The translations under genes were made by a program, and so were the position numbers. The notes beneath the pieces were generated by a model. The model ran no database searches and was not told the DNA's origin. It saw only the letters and a program-made list of their open reading frames with translations. Below are positions 9,769 through 19,243 of a DNA stretch of 64,000 bases, in pieces. Source of the stretch: Candidatus Omnitrophota bacterium. GTDB taxonomy: Bacteria > Omnitrophota > Gorgyraeia > Tantalellales > Tantalellaceae. The stretch lies in the NCBI GenBank assembly GCA_034723315.1, contig JAYEOV010000035.1, positions 8,329 to 72,328 of the forward strand. The letters are read 5' to 3'. Numbering within the stretch: position 1 is the first letter of the stretch; each line of letters begins with the position of its first letter.

Positions 9769-12700
9769 TTACGCGCAGATAGTTAGAATTGTATCCTGAA
9801 GATGATGTGTATCCTCGATATCATCCACGATCGGCGGGCAACTGTCAAAATCGGAGAAGAGCTTCTTGATGAGTTCTTCAAGGTTTTCATTTGTCGTGTT
9901 AATGATAATGTCGAATCGTTCGCCCGAAGTCAACCGTTCTTTAAGCTCGTCCGCGTCTCTGGCAGTGACGATATCACCTTTGAATCCTATAACCTTGAGT
10001 TTTCTTATCCCTTCTTCAAAATCGCTTCCATATACCAGGGCCACCTTATTGGCCGAGGCTATCTGCAGTTCCAGGGCTTTCTCATTTCTGGGAAGACTCA
10101 CTTTTAACGCTTCTTTTATATGACAAAATTTTTCATCCATGCGCATCGTTTTCGACATTATCCCTGAGATCAGGCCTTCATCTTCCAGCTGCACAAACCG
10201 TTCATCACCTACCGCATGGCCGGTGGAAATAAGGATCGGGAACTTATGGCCTCTTTCCCGGACTTTTTTCGTCAATATCAAGCCGTCAATAATATCACTT
10301 CCCCTGGCCGGCGGCATGCTCACGTCAAATATGGCAAGGTGGAACTTTAACCCCGCTTTTTCCGCCTCTTCTATCAGATCAAAGGCTTCCTGACCATTCA
10401 CGGCCAGCCAGACATTACAGCCTTCCTCCTCAAGCATGCTTTTAAACTGGTCTCTCTGGAGAAGCTCATCGTCAGCAACGATAATATTCGGCCTGTCTTT
10501 TACGATCTCCTCCGGCTTCCCGTGCAATTCTTCTTCTTCTTCTTCCATCTTAACCGGGACTCGTCTTTTACCCGGCTCAGCTTCCGCCTGCCGCAGATAA
10601 GGAATAAACATCCTGACCGCGGAACCGTCCTTCTCATTGTCAACCGTTATCCTTCCGGCAAGATACGTCAGTATCCTGTGAGCAAGCGCCAGTGAAATAT
10701 TTTTATTTTTCTCCCATTTAAGAACTTCTGCTCCCTTTTCCCCGGCTCCGAGCTCTACCCTTTCCAACTGGCTCTCAGTAAACCGGCAGTAATTATTTCT
10801 GAAAGAAACAATTACTTCTCCGCTTCTTCTGTTACGCTCGAGTTTTATGCTTAATCGTTTTTCCTGCGGATCCAGTCCCTCAACCGGGACCTCGTTAGTT
10901 TCCATCCCAAGGGTCAGGATGTTATATAATGCGAATTTAAAGGCCGCTTCGTCGGCCATGATGAAAATATCCTCTTCCGGCCGGTATAATGTCTCGACTT
11001 CATCAAAGGTGATCGTATATTGCGGGAAAAACCTTTTTGATTTCTTGAATGCAGACGCGATATCCTTAAGGACTTTTGCCACTTCTACCTGCCCCGGCTT
11101 TTTCTCAAAGCTGTCTCCTGCCGGCAGCAGAAGGCGCCCGTCGTCGATTCTTTCTTGTGTCGTGTGGAAACCTGTATATATCTTCTCAATATATTGCCTT
11201 AACTTTTCATTATCAGATCCGGCTGTTTCTTTTATAAGCTTTTCAATCGACGACAACATACCTACCATATTTATCTCTATGATCCTGAGCGTTTCAGCCG
11301 GGGCAACATTTTTTAACATAGCCTGCACCTGCCTTACCGACTCTGCCAAACGAGGCTCATGTAAAGCGGTATCCAGGTCAATATCTTTCATTATGTTCTC
11401 TACCTGTTCCATCAGGTTTTTCACTTTAATGGCCAGGACCGGATCAACGCTCTCCATTGCGGTCTGCATTTGTTTTACCAGGATCATCGCATCTTTAGCC
11501 TGGAGAAGATCAGTCGGGTCCTTGAGGATAATTGTCGGTATATTCTGCATCATCCTTATCATGTTTACTGCCTCATCCATCTGTCCGCTGATCAATTTGC
11601 ACTTTGCCAGGATATCCTCAGGCAGGTCCGGCATAAAAGTCATTATCAATTCAAGATAACCTCTACTTCCGGCTATCGCGTTGTTAAGGTCATGCCACAA
11701 GCTGCCGTATATGTTGTCCTGCGCTTCAGACGCACGGAGTTTTATCCTGTCCAGTCGACGTTCAACCAGAGGGAATTCCATTGTAAATGTCGTCCCGTGC
11801 CCTAACTGACTTTTCGCTTCCGCTGTGCCGTTATGCTCCTGGGCGACATCCCTGACGACAACAAGCCCAAGGCCGGTCCCCATACCGTCATCCCTTTTCG
11901 TATAAAAGGGTTCCCAGATATTTTGCAGGTCTTTTGCCGTGATCCCGCATCCTGTATCTCTAAAAGATACACGCATTACGTCCCTGCCTTTCTCATCCTT
12001 TGTTTTTTCCGTACCGAGAGTCAATTCCTTTGTCTTCGAGTCTCTCATAAACGATACAGCATTCATGATAATGTTAAGGAAAGCCTGTCTTAACCTGCTT
12101 CTATTGGCAATGACCACCTGCCGGTGTTCGCTTAATTCCAGTTTTACCGTTATACCCATACTCTCTATCATTGTCTTTCTCATCTCCAGGACATCCAGCA
12201 GGACTTCTTCGACGGAACAGGGGAGGTTCCCCAAATCCGGCGATCTCGCGAAGCCCAGAAACCTGTCCGTGATATCGGCAATACGCTCTGCTTCCTGTTC
12301 AATAATCGCCAGCGTCCGGATAATCTCTTCCTCTTCCACAAATCCCCCTTTGTACAGGCGGGTGAGGATCCCGTCAACAATATTAATTATGTTAGACGTG
12401 GGATTGTTTATCTCGTGAGTCAGCGCCGCTGTGTTTTCTCCGATCGCTGTAAGCCTTTCAGCCTGGACCAGGAGCGCTGTCTTTTCCTCCAATTTCGCAT
12501 AGGCGTTCTTCAGGGCGTTTTCAGCCTGTCTCCGCTTTGTAATATCCTGCATCTGCACTAAAAAACCAGACGGAACGCCGTTTTCCACGGCCAGGGGCGT
12601 TACCCTGTAATCTATGAAGACCCTCCCTGACTTTGCCTCTCCGGACAATCCGGCTTTTTTAGGCTTATCAAAATCAATTTCGTTTTCGAAGCTGATACAT

Positions 12701-15405
12701 TCTCCTTTACGAACCCTGTCTTTTTCCGTACCTATGATAATATCAAGAAAATCGAAGAGATTTAATACTTCTCTTTCTTTCCCAAAATCGGCAATGCCGT
12801 TTTCTTCTAAATACGCTCTGTCTACATATAGAAACGCCTTGTTCACATAGGTCAAGCGGCCGTCAGAATCAAAACGGGCGATCCCGATCGGCGATTCTTC
12901 GGAAATTTCCCTGAATTTCTGCTCGCTCTCCCTCAACGCTATCGCCGCGTCTCTGCGCTCTTCTTCCCGTGTAACCGCTTCCGCAAGGATCCCGAAAAGT
13001 TTCATATCACTATCATCAAGTTCAACACTTTCCTTGTATAGCACACAGAGGCTTCCAACGCGCTGCCCGGCGCTATATACCGGAAATCCGATATAGGTCC
13101 TGAACCCGTACTTCGCCACATTGGGATCGGTTTTGGAATAAGCGGTCTCTTTTACATTTCTAACAATATAAGGAAGCCCTCTAAGGCCTTTTTTGATAAC
13201 ATCATAACAGATATGGCCATCCGGTTTATCAACCGGATTATAGTCAGGTGGAGTCTCCCACTGACCTACCGAGCATAACATGCCGCCTTCCATCCTGTTA
13301 TACAAAGCACAGTCTCCGTTTAAAAATTCCCCGCAGGTCCTGGTAAGTATTTGAATATTCTCGTCATAATCGGTCCCGAGCCTGAGAAGTGCGTCATTCA
13401 GCATTAAAATACGTTCTTCTGCCAGCTTGAGCTCTGTGATGTCGCTACCCACACACAGGATCCCGGAGATGTTCCCCTTGGCATCAAAAATCGGCTTATT
13501 GGTCCATGCGATGTAGACCAGTTCGCCATCCTTACGCAAATTTGCGGTCACGTTATTGACATAATACTCGGGGTATTTTCTTATATTCAGGATCATTTCC
13601 TCGAGGTCCTGTCTGGATTTTTTTGTTTCAGGCATGATCGTGCCGATCATATTCCGGCCGAGCAATTCTTTCTCCGAATAGCCCAGAAACATCCGGGTGA
13701 ACTCATTCGCGAAAGTAATTTCTCCGTTCAAGTTCATCCTCAAAATAATGCTGTTGGCGTTCTGGACCAGATCGCGGTATTTAAGTTCACTTTCCCTGAG
13801 CCTTTCTTCCGCCTGCCTACGTGCCATCCCTCTTGAAATAATATCGCCTGCCACACGGAGGATCCTCGCGTCTTTATCACACCAATCGCGGTGCTTTTCT
13901 GTGTCTTCAATACCCATATATCCGACAAGTTCTCCATCTATCGAATACAGAGGCACAATAATAAGAGAAAAAACATTCTGATCCCGCATACTCTCCTTTT
14001 CCGCGGTCGCATCCTCCGGAAGATCATCGGTGCCCCGAATAATTATGTTTTCATTGTTCCTGAGTTTTTTCATCAACCACGGGTATATGGAAGAAACCTG
14101 ATCCTTACGGTTCTCTATCTGCGGTTCTGTATCCGGATCGCACCACTCATATGTGTTATCCATTATGCTGCCGTTTTCCCGGAAGCGAAAAATATACGCC
14201 CTATTCACGTCGACCGCTCTCCCTATAATTTTGAGGATCTGATCAAGGTCAGGGATGGGGCCTTCAACGAACATACTTGATACCTGCGCAAGAGCTTTCT
14301 CTATGTCAAGACGATATGTTAATTCTTCCTCAACCTGACGCTGATCGGCAGAATAGTCTCTGGTGGTTATTTTTTCGGTAAGATCGATAAATTCCGAGAC
14401 CCTGGCCTCATTGAGCAGATTCATCTCTCTTCCTGTCAGGTTCATCTCAGAAGGGAAAGTGCCGGGAAGGTCTATTTTTCTATCGCTAAAGCATTGAACA
14501 AAACGCTTGAATATATCCTGGAACAGGTTAGACTCCTCGTGTGTAAACCCGGCTTTTGCGAATATTTCATGAACAATTGTATCGGCATTTAAATATACCA
14601 GTTCATTTGGAAGATAAATGCCGCGGCCGCCCGCATGCGGCTCTTCTAACCTGTATTCCTTCCTCGTCTCAGTGATGAGCATAAGCTGGCTAATGCTGAC
14701 AAGTTCCCTGAAGTCTCTGGAAAGCCCGGTAGATACAATATCAAGGAACGCGTAAATACAGGAAAGGGGAAGGCCATAATTTTTCTCTGTTACAATCATA
14801 CACTTGCCGGCAAGTATGGCTTCCCGGATCTTCTCGTCATGTTTTTTTTCGCTCTCCGCAGCCATGGATATCGCGCGACCTTCCAGTCTTTCGGCATACT
14901 TTAACTGTTGGAGCTTTTCGAGAAGATCCTTTTGATTTTTTTCACGTTGCGTCAAAAACGTGATCTTATATTGAGGATCCGTACCGGGACTATCGGTTAT
15001 ACAACACCAGTAATCAGCCACCCTTTCTACTGTTCCAAATGTACACGGAACCAGGCGTAATCCAGCTTTTTTGCAATTGACCGCCCGGCTGAAATAAAAC
15101 CTTATCCTAATGTCTTCTATGTTGAAATTTATGCCCAATGATGAAGCGGAGTGGTCGCCCCATTCATTCATTACGTCTATTTTTTTATTACGCATACCTG
15201 AAACAAGGACATATTCGAGTAACGCGATATCTTTGATCTCCTTGTTAAGCAAGGGAAGAAATATGGATTGCGGCGCTATGTTTCTACCAGCAAATCTCAT
15301 GGCATAAGCCGGACTTACGCTTGTTGAAGTAATCAATAATAAAACCGTAATTATTATACTGGTTGCCTTTATTATTAAGCTATTTTTTCTTTTAAACAAT
15401 ATCAT
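9769..15405 (-). CDS. Giant hybrid sensor histidine kinase (1878 aa): N-terminal unknown domain, GAF-PAS-GAF-PAS, HisKA+HATPase, second HisKA-like+HATPase, receiver, C-terminal pseudo-receiver-like domain
   Basis: H-box THEINNPTSNI; G-boxes DTGCGI...GTGLGLVVV; second H-box SLWHDLNNAIAGSRGYLEL and second ATPase-like core; REC domain IIVADDELL...FDVSMPP... Confidence 0.85.
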   Translation of the reverse strand: MILFKRKNSLIIKATSIIITVLLLITSTSVSPAYAMRFAGRNIAPQSIFLPLLNKEIKDIALLEYVLVSGMRNKKIDVMNEWGDHSASSLGINFNIEDIRIRFYFSRAVNCKKAGLRLVPCTFGTVERVADYWCCITDSPGTDPQYKITFLTQREKNQKDLLEKLQQLKYAERLEGRAISMAAESEKKHDEKIREAILAGKCMIVTEKNYGLPLSCIYAFLDIVSTGLSRDFRELVSISQLMLITETRKEYRLEEPHAGGRGIYLPNELVYLNADTIVHEIFAKAGFTHEESNLFQDIFKRFVQCFSDRKIDLPGTFPSEMNLTGREMNLLNEARVSEFIDLTEKITTRDYSADQRQVEEELTYRLDIEKALAQVSSMFVEGPIPDLDQILKIIGRAVDVNRAYIFRFRENGSIMDNTYEWCDPDTEPQIENRKDQVSSIYPWLMKKLRNNENIIIRGTDDLPEDATAEKESMRDQNVFSLIIVPLYSIDGELVGYMGIEDTEKHRDWCDKDARILRVAGDIISRGMARRQAEERLRESELKYRDLVQNANSIILRMNLNGEITFANEFTRMFLGYSEKELLGRNMIGTIMPETKKSRQDLEEMILNIRKYPEYYVNNVTANLRKDGELVYIAWTNKPIFDAKGNISGILCVGSDITELKLAEERILMLNDALLRLGTDYDENIQILTRTCGEFLNGDCALYNRMEGGMLCSVGQWETPPDYNPVDKPDGHICYDVIKKGLRGLPYIVRNVKETAYSKTDPNVAKYGFRTYIGFPVYSAGQRVGSLCVLYKESVELDDSDMKLFGILAEAVTREEERRDAAIALRESEQKFREISEESPIGIARFDSDGRLTYVNKAFLYVDRAYLEENGIADFGKEREVLNLFDFLDIIIGTEKDRVRKGECISFENEIDFDKPKKAGLSGEAKSGRVFIDYRVTPLAVENGVPSGFLVQMQDITKRRQAENALKNAYAKLEEKTALLVQAERLTAIGENTAALTHEINNPTSNIINIVDGILTRLYKGGFVEEEEIIRTLAIIEQEAERIADITDRFLGFARSPDLGNLPCSVEEVLLDVLEMRKTMIESMGITVKLELSEHRQVVIANRSRLRQAFLNIIMNAVSFMRDSKTKELTLGTEKTKDEKGRDVMRVSFRDTGCGITAKDLQNIWEPFYTKRDDGMGTGLGLVVVRDVAQEHNGTAEAKSQLGHGTTFTMEFPLVERRLDRIKLRASEAQDNIYGSLWHDLNNAIAGSRGYLELIMTFMPDLPEDILAKCKLISGQMDEAVNMIRMMQNIPTIILKDPTDLLQAKDAMILVKQMQTAMESVDPVLAIKVKNLMEQVENIMKDIDLDTALHEPRLAESVRQVQAMLKNVAPAETLRIIEINMVGMLSSIEKLIKETAGSDNEKLRQYIEKIYTGFHTTQERIDDGRLLLPAGDSFEKKPGQVEVAKVLKDIASAFKKSKRFFPQYTITFDEVETLYRPEEDIFIMADEAAFKFALYNILTLGMETNEVPVEGLDPQEKRLSIKLERNRRSGEVIVSFRNNYCRFTESQLERVELGAGEKGAEVLKWEKNKNISLALAHRILTYLAGRITVDNEKDGSAVRMFIPYLRQAEAEPGKRRVPVKMEEEEEELHGKPEEIVKDRPNIIVADDELLQRDQFKSMLEEEGCNVWLAVNGQEAFDLIEEAEKAGLKFHLAIFDVSMPPARGSDIIDGLILTKKVRERGHKFPILISTGHAVGDERFVQLEDEGLISGIMSKTMRMDEKFCHIKEALKVSLPRNEKALELQIASANKVALVYGSDFEEGIRKLKVIGFKGDIVTARDADELKERLTSGERFDIIINTTNENLEELIKKLFSDFDSCPPIVDDIEDTHHLQDTILTICA

Positions 15406-15863
15406 GTTTTCCGAATTCTTCCCTTCTTTTTACCGTATTTCAATACTAGATTTTTTAGAATAATAAGTTATTTGCCTTTTTTTTGTGCTAACTCTAATAT
15501 ATTATCATAATTATTTTAAAAGTCAACAAAAATATTTACATATAGTGTATTTGTAAAAAATGAAATATTTAGCATGTTTAGGAGTAAAACTGCGGATATT
15601 TATCTAACTCAGTACTTCAGAAATATTAACAAGGAAAATATTGGAAGTTCAAAAAAACACATATTTATCTCATAACTTCTTTATTGCCCGATATTTAGGT
15701 TCGTAAGCCGCACTGAGGCATTCTTTGACAGACTGAAATCCTTGATCAAATGAAACAGCTATCTGAAGAAATGAAACTCGTCAATGCAAAGCTTTAAAAG
15801 TGGATTAGAATTACGGCCGCATTATAACTTTTTTATTAATAAAAATTGTTAACCTCGAATTGT

Positions 15864-15891
15864 TTGTTATGCTTGTACTAGGTGGGATTTG
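15864..15891. repeat. 28-bp direct repeat (left copy) TTGTTATGCTTGTAnnnnnnGGGATTTG
   Basis: 22/28 identity with 18478..18505; the right copy overlaps the 3' end of the amidase gene. Confidence 0.4.
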
Positions 15892-16181
15892 CATTATTGA
15901 ACACTCTCAAATTGGTCCAAAACTTTATGCAAAACGCGGAAGTCGGGTTAACAATCTCTTACCGTAATGAAGTAATGTTAAATTTACAATAGATAGAATA
16001 ATCCCCTTGTATATTAATAATGTTAAGGTATAGTTAATATGTTGATATTAAATGTATTTGGCTTTGTAATTTTTTACAAATTTATTAAAGGTTTGCTTAG
16101 AAGAAGAAAACAGCCTTGAAGATTTATTTTTTGGTTTTTAAAAAGTTTTTGAAAATGCCGAAACTAAAAAGGCGAATTACG

Positions 16182-17420
16182 ATGAACAAAACAAGAACAA
16201 AGAACAATGGGTTTGCCATGGCGGTCATGGCAGTAATGGTTGTCCTGGTCATGGCATGGGTGGTGATCATAACGCCTGTCCCGCGAGCGCATGCCGACGA
16301 ATGGGTAACGCGGCAAATATCGGATAATACGTATATTGACGCCGAGCCATCTCTTTATAACGGCACCATAGCCTGGGTGCACCATATACCCGCGGGAGAC
16401 TGGCAGCAACGTCATATCTACTACTGGGACGGGACCTCAACCACGCAGATAACGCCGTATGAGAAGTCGACCTACGAAGAGCCATCTCTTTATAACGGCA
16501 AGATAGCTTGGAGGGATGGTTATGTCTACTACTGGGACGGGACCTCAACCACGCAGATGCCGATTCCGGGGGGTGGTCAGCACTCCCCGTCACTTTATAA
16601 CGGCAAGATAGCCTACATTGTCGGAGGCGGTGTATTTGATGTCCACTACTGGGACGGGGGTACGGCTACAAATATATCTAATAATACGGCTGGTACTTGG
16701 TCCGGGTCCCCATCACTTTATAACGGCACCATAGCCTGGCAAACCTGGCAGGATGGTGGTTACGGTATCAACTACTGGGACGGGGGTACGACTACACAGA
16801 TATCCGTTAGTGGCGCCAACCCGTCACTTTATAACGGGACGATAGCCTGGGCGGACAATGGTATCAACTACTGGGACGGGGGTACGACTACACAGATATC
16901 CGTTAGTGGCGCCAACCCGTCACTTTATAACGGGACGATAGCCTGGGCGGGCAATGGTATCAACTACTGGGACGGGGGTACGACTACACAGATATCAGGC
17001 AGTGGCACCAACCCGTCACTTTATAACGGCGATATAACCTGGCAAGGCTCGGATGGTAATGATGATGAGATCTTTTACGCGCGGCTGGCGTCGGCGTGGA
17101 TAGGTGACGCGATAGACTCACTCGGCCTGGCAGGATACACAGAAGCGGAGATACTTGATCTTGCGGACCTGTTCAGTGGTCAGACTTCCGGTCTGGTAAA
17201 CAGCATGGACTGGACATACCTGGCAGGGAACCTTCCGGGAGATACAGGGGGCGAGGTCTATGACATAGGAAACAGCTGGGAATATGACGGTAAATACTAT
17301 ATCAAGCTGGGGAGCGGGCTTGAAGGAACCGGAGTACCTGAGCTGCCGGCAGGCGCGATACCGTTTATCGGTGCGATCTTGTGTTTTGGATTAAGACGGT
17401 TAAGACGTTTTCACAAATAA
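16182..17420 (+). CDS. Tandem-repeat secreted protein with variant PEP-CTERM-like sorting tail
   Basis: Signal peptide; ~9 repeats of PSLYNG[TK]IAW...YWDG[TG]TTTQI; C-terminus VPELPAGAIPFIGAILCFGLRRLRR (PEL-P + TM + basic cluster). Start at the internal Met (MNKTRTKNNGFAMAVMAV) instead of track 16116. Confidence 0.6.
   Translation: MNKTRTKNNGFAMAVMAVMVVLVMAWVVIITPVPRAHADEWVTRQISDNTYIDAEPSLYNGTIAWVHHIPAGDWQQRHIYYWDGTSTTQITPYEKSTYEEPSLYNGKIAWRDGYVYYWDGTSTTQMPIPGGGQHSPSLYNGKIAYIVGGGVFDVHYWDGGTATNISNNTAGTWSGSPSLYNGTIAWQTWQDGGYGINYWDGGTTTQISVSGANPSLYNGTIAWADNGINYWDGGTTTQISVSGANPSLYNGTIAWAGNGINYWDGGTTTQISGSGTNPSLYNGDITWQGSDGNDDEIFYARLASAWIGDAIDSLGLAGYTEAEILDLADLFSGQTSGLVNSMDWTYLAGNLPGDTGGEVYDIGNSWEYDGKYYIKLGSGLEGTGVPELPAGAIPFIGAILCFGLRRLRRFHK
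16764..17045 (+). repeat. 3 x 96-bp near-identical tandem DNA repeats inside the repeat-protein gene
   Basis: Units 16764..16859 and 16860..16955 differ at ~1 position; the third unit is diverged. Confidence 0.7.
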
Positions 17421-17462
17421 AACGGGAAAAACCAAAAGGATGAAAAATCCCCGTTCAAAAAG

Positions 17463-17492
17463 AAACCCGGGTAAGTGCCCGGGTTTCTTTTT
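17463..17492 (+). terminator. Rho-independent terminator
   Basis: AAACCCGGGTAAGTGCCCGGGTTTCTTTTT stem-loop plus T-run immediately after the repeat-protein gene. Confidence 0.6.
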
Positions 17493-17658
17493 GAAACGTT
17501 ATACCTCCCCTTCCCTTTTCTCCGGGACCCCTTCAGGTCCTTGCTCTACTCAGGGTAAACTCTGGCCCTTCCTACGGCTTCCGGAGCACCTTGAATACGT
17601 CTATTTCGCCTGAATCAAGCACAAAATACCCAAAATACGCACGGACTCCTGCCAGAAT

Positions 17659-17747
17659 GTTAGCGGAATGCGGCAGGTACTTTTAGCGAAATACGGCAGT
17701 TTTTATAGCGAACCGCGGCAGTTATCTGTGGCAGAATCCGTCAGTTG
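17659..17747. repeat. Four imperfect ~22-bp direct repeats (TTAGCGRAWNCGGCAGKT), iteron-like
   Basis: TTAGCGGAATGCGGCAGGTAC / TTAGCGAAATACGGCAGTTTT / TAGCGAACCGCGGCAGTTATC / TGTGGCAGAATCCGTCAGTTG, just upstream of the transposase remnant. Confidence 0.4.
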
Positions 17748-17775
17748 TCTCCCCCGGTAAGATCGCTCACCATAG

Positions 17776-18477
17776 TTGACGGAATATCGCTGAGGTAATA
17801 TTATCTTTTCCATAAAACTAAAAAAACCCGTCCTGCATTCGCCAAAACCAAAAGAAATATCCTGCCCCTACTGCGATTCGAAAGATATCATAAAAGCCGG
17901 GACAAGGAAGACCAGGTTCAGGAAAATACAAAGATACTTCTGCAAATATTGCCGCAGACAATTTACGGAAGAAAGATTAAAAGCTAAATCGTACCCGGCC
18001 CCGGCGAAAATAATTCTGAAGGCCAACTCACTTTATAATCTCGGGTACTCGCAGGAAATTGCCGCAAAGTTAATCGATCAACATTAGAAGAGGAAACCCC
18101 CGCAAAGAACGGTCAGCGACCGGGTGAACAAATATTCAAACCCCTGCGCGTATTAGACCTTAAGAAAAGAAGCCGTTAAGCTCCATAAGCCGCGGGAGAT
18201 AATACCGAGCGAAAAACTCCAGCACGGACAAGTCTATAATTTCAAGGTCCATCTGGCAAAGCTCGACCTCATCGAGAAAAGAAAAGTACTGCCGGAGAGA
18301 AAACTCAAAAGGCTAAGGGAATACCTGGAAAGGGTAACCGGCAAAGATCCAAAAGCCAGGCCTTTCCCCCACCATATATTTTCCATAGCGCCGGAAAACA
18401 CACATCAGGAAAAACGCGCCTCAAAACTGAGCGTAGAACTCCTGAAAATAACAAAACAGAGCAAGAAGAACTACGCT
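17776..18477 (+). mobile_element. Decayed IS-like transposase remnant (IS1/IS1595-type N-terminal zinc ribbon, then out-of-frame fragments)
   Basis: Frame 17776..18087 encodes ...CPYCDSKDIIKAGTRKTRFRKIQRYFCKYCRRQFT... with no ATG start. Downstream coding-like sequence (18180..18480) is in another frame, so no intact ORF. Confidence 0.45.
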
Positions 18478-18505
18478 TTGTTATGCTTGTAATTGTTGGG
18501 ATTTG
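18478..18505. repeat. 28-bp direct repeat (right copy)
   Basis: TTGTTATGCTTGTAATTGTTGGGATTTG; pairs with 15864..15891. Confidence 0.4.
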
Positions 18506-19092
18506 TGAGCTTTTTCTACTTGCTCTAGATTTGAGCTTTTTGCTATGTCGCCAGGAGATGTTATTGCCGCTTCGGGAACTTCCGGAACTATATCAAGATT
18601 ACCACCTCTGTAGAAAGCTTCGTAACAAAGCTCTGAACAGAAATAATCGCGTTTTATTTGCCAGTTGTTAGCCGCATTTCTAAGAGGCAGACCAATTTTG
18701 GCCAGGAGCTTTAAAACCCCGAGCCAGATCACGCCTTTGAGGTCATATTTCTTATTTAATTTGTCCACAAGATAGGATATTGTTCCATTCAAATTATATG
18801 TGTTCTCTTGCCTGACCCTGAAAACATCATACTCTTGCATTATTTTTCTTATGTTCCTCGCTCTTACTCCACTTCCATTTATTGCCTCTATTGCCAGATC
18901 CATATCCGGTGAAACACAAATAGCAACGTGTGAATACTTGCTGTTTGTGCCCCATGCGATCCACCAGGAAGCGGAAAACATTTTTTCGGCCTTAAATAAT
19001 AAAATGTCGCCGGCTTTCATGTTGATCTCCTGTTCTTTATAGACAGATCTCCCTACTTGCTTTGCTTGTTTCACTCGGGCTTGGATTGCCAA
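18481..19092 (-). CDS. Permuted papain-like amidase, YaeF/YiiX (C92) family
   Basis: Catalytic His in YSHVAICV precedes C-terminal Cys in YFCSELCYEAF, the permuted order typical of C92/LRAT-like NlpC/P60 enzymes. Confidence 0.5.
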   Translation of the reverse strand: MAIQARVKQAKQVGRSVYKEQEINMKAGDILLFKAEKMFSASWWIAWGTNSKYSHVAICVSPDMDLAIEAINGSGVRARNIRKIMQEYDVFRVRQENTYNLNGTISYLVDKLNKKYDLKGVIWLGVLKLLAKIGLPLRNAANNWQIKRDYFCSELCYEAFYRGGNLDIVPEVPEAAITSPGDIAKSSNLEQVEKAHKSQQLQA

Positions 19093-19243
19093 TTTCTTGT
19101 AGATGCCCGGTTTCCGGCTCCTGAGTATAACTCTAAGAGCCGCCCTTCTTCTGTGCTCGCGCAGTGTCGCGGGGATAACAGAGGGGTTGGACCCCGCAAT
19201 ATCGCAAGAAAAACTTTCCCAAGAATTTCATACCCTTTCGGTT

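Noticed and set aside
10847-11659. Numerous 60-270-aa ORFs on the opposite strand inside large genes (e.g. 10847..11659, 11939..12418, 355..912, 35456..36046, 37755..38477, 45899..46639, 57458..58477)
   Set aside because: They lie entirely antisense within well-supported long CDSs, have low-complexity or Ser/Arg-rich composition and no recognisable domains. They are treated as spurious.
16116-16181. N-terminal 22 codons of ORF 16116..17420 (MKIYFLVFKKFLKMPKLKRRIT)
   Set aside because: AT-rich extension upstream of a clear signal peptide beginning at MNKTRTKNNGFAMAVMAV. The true start is more likely 16182.
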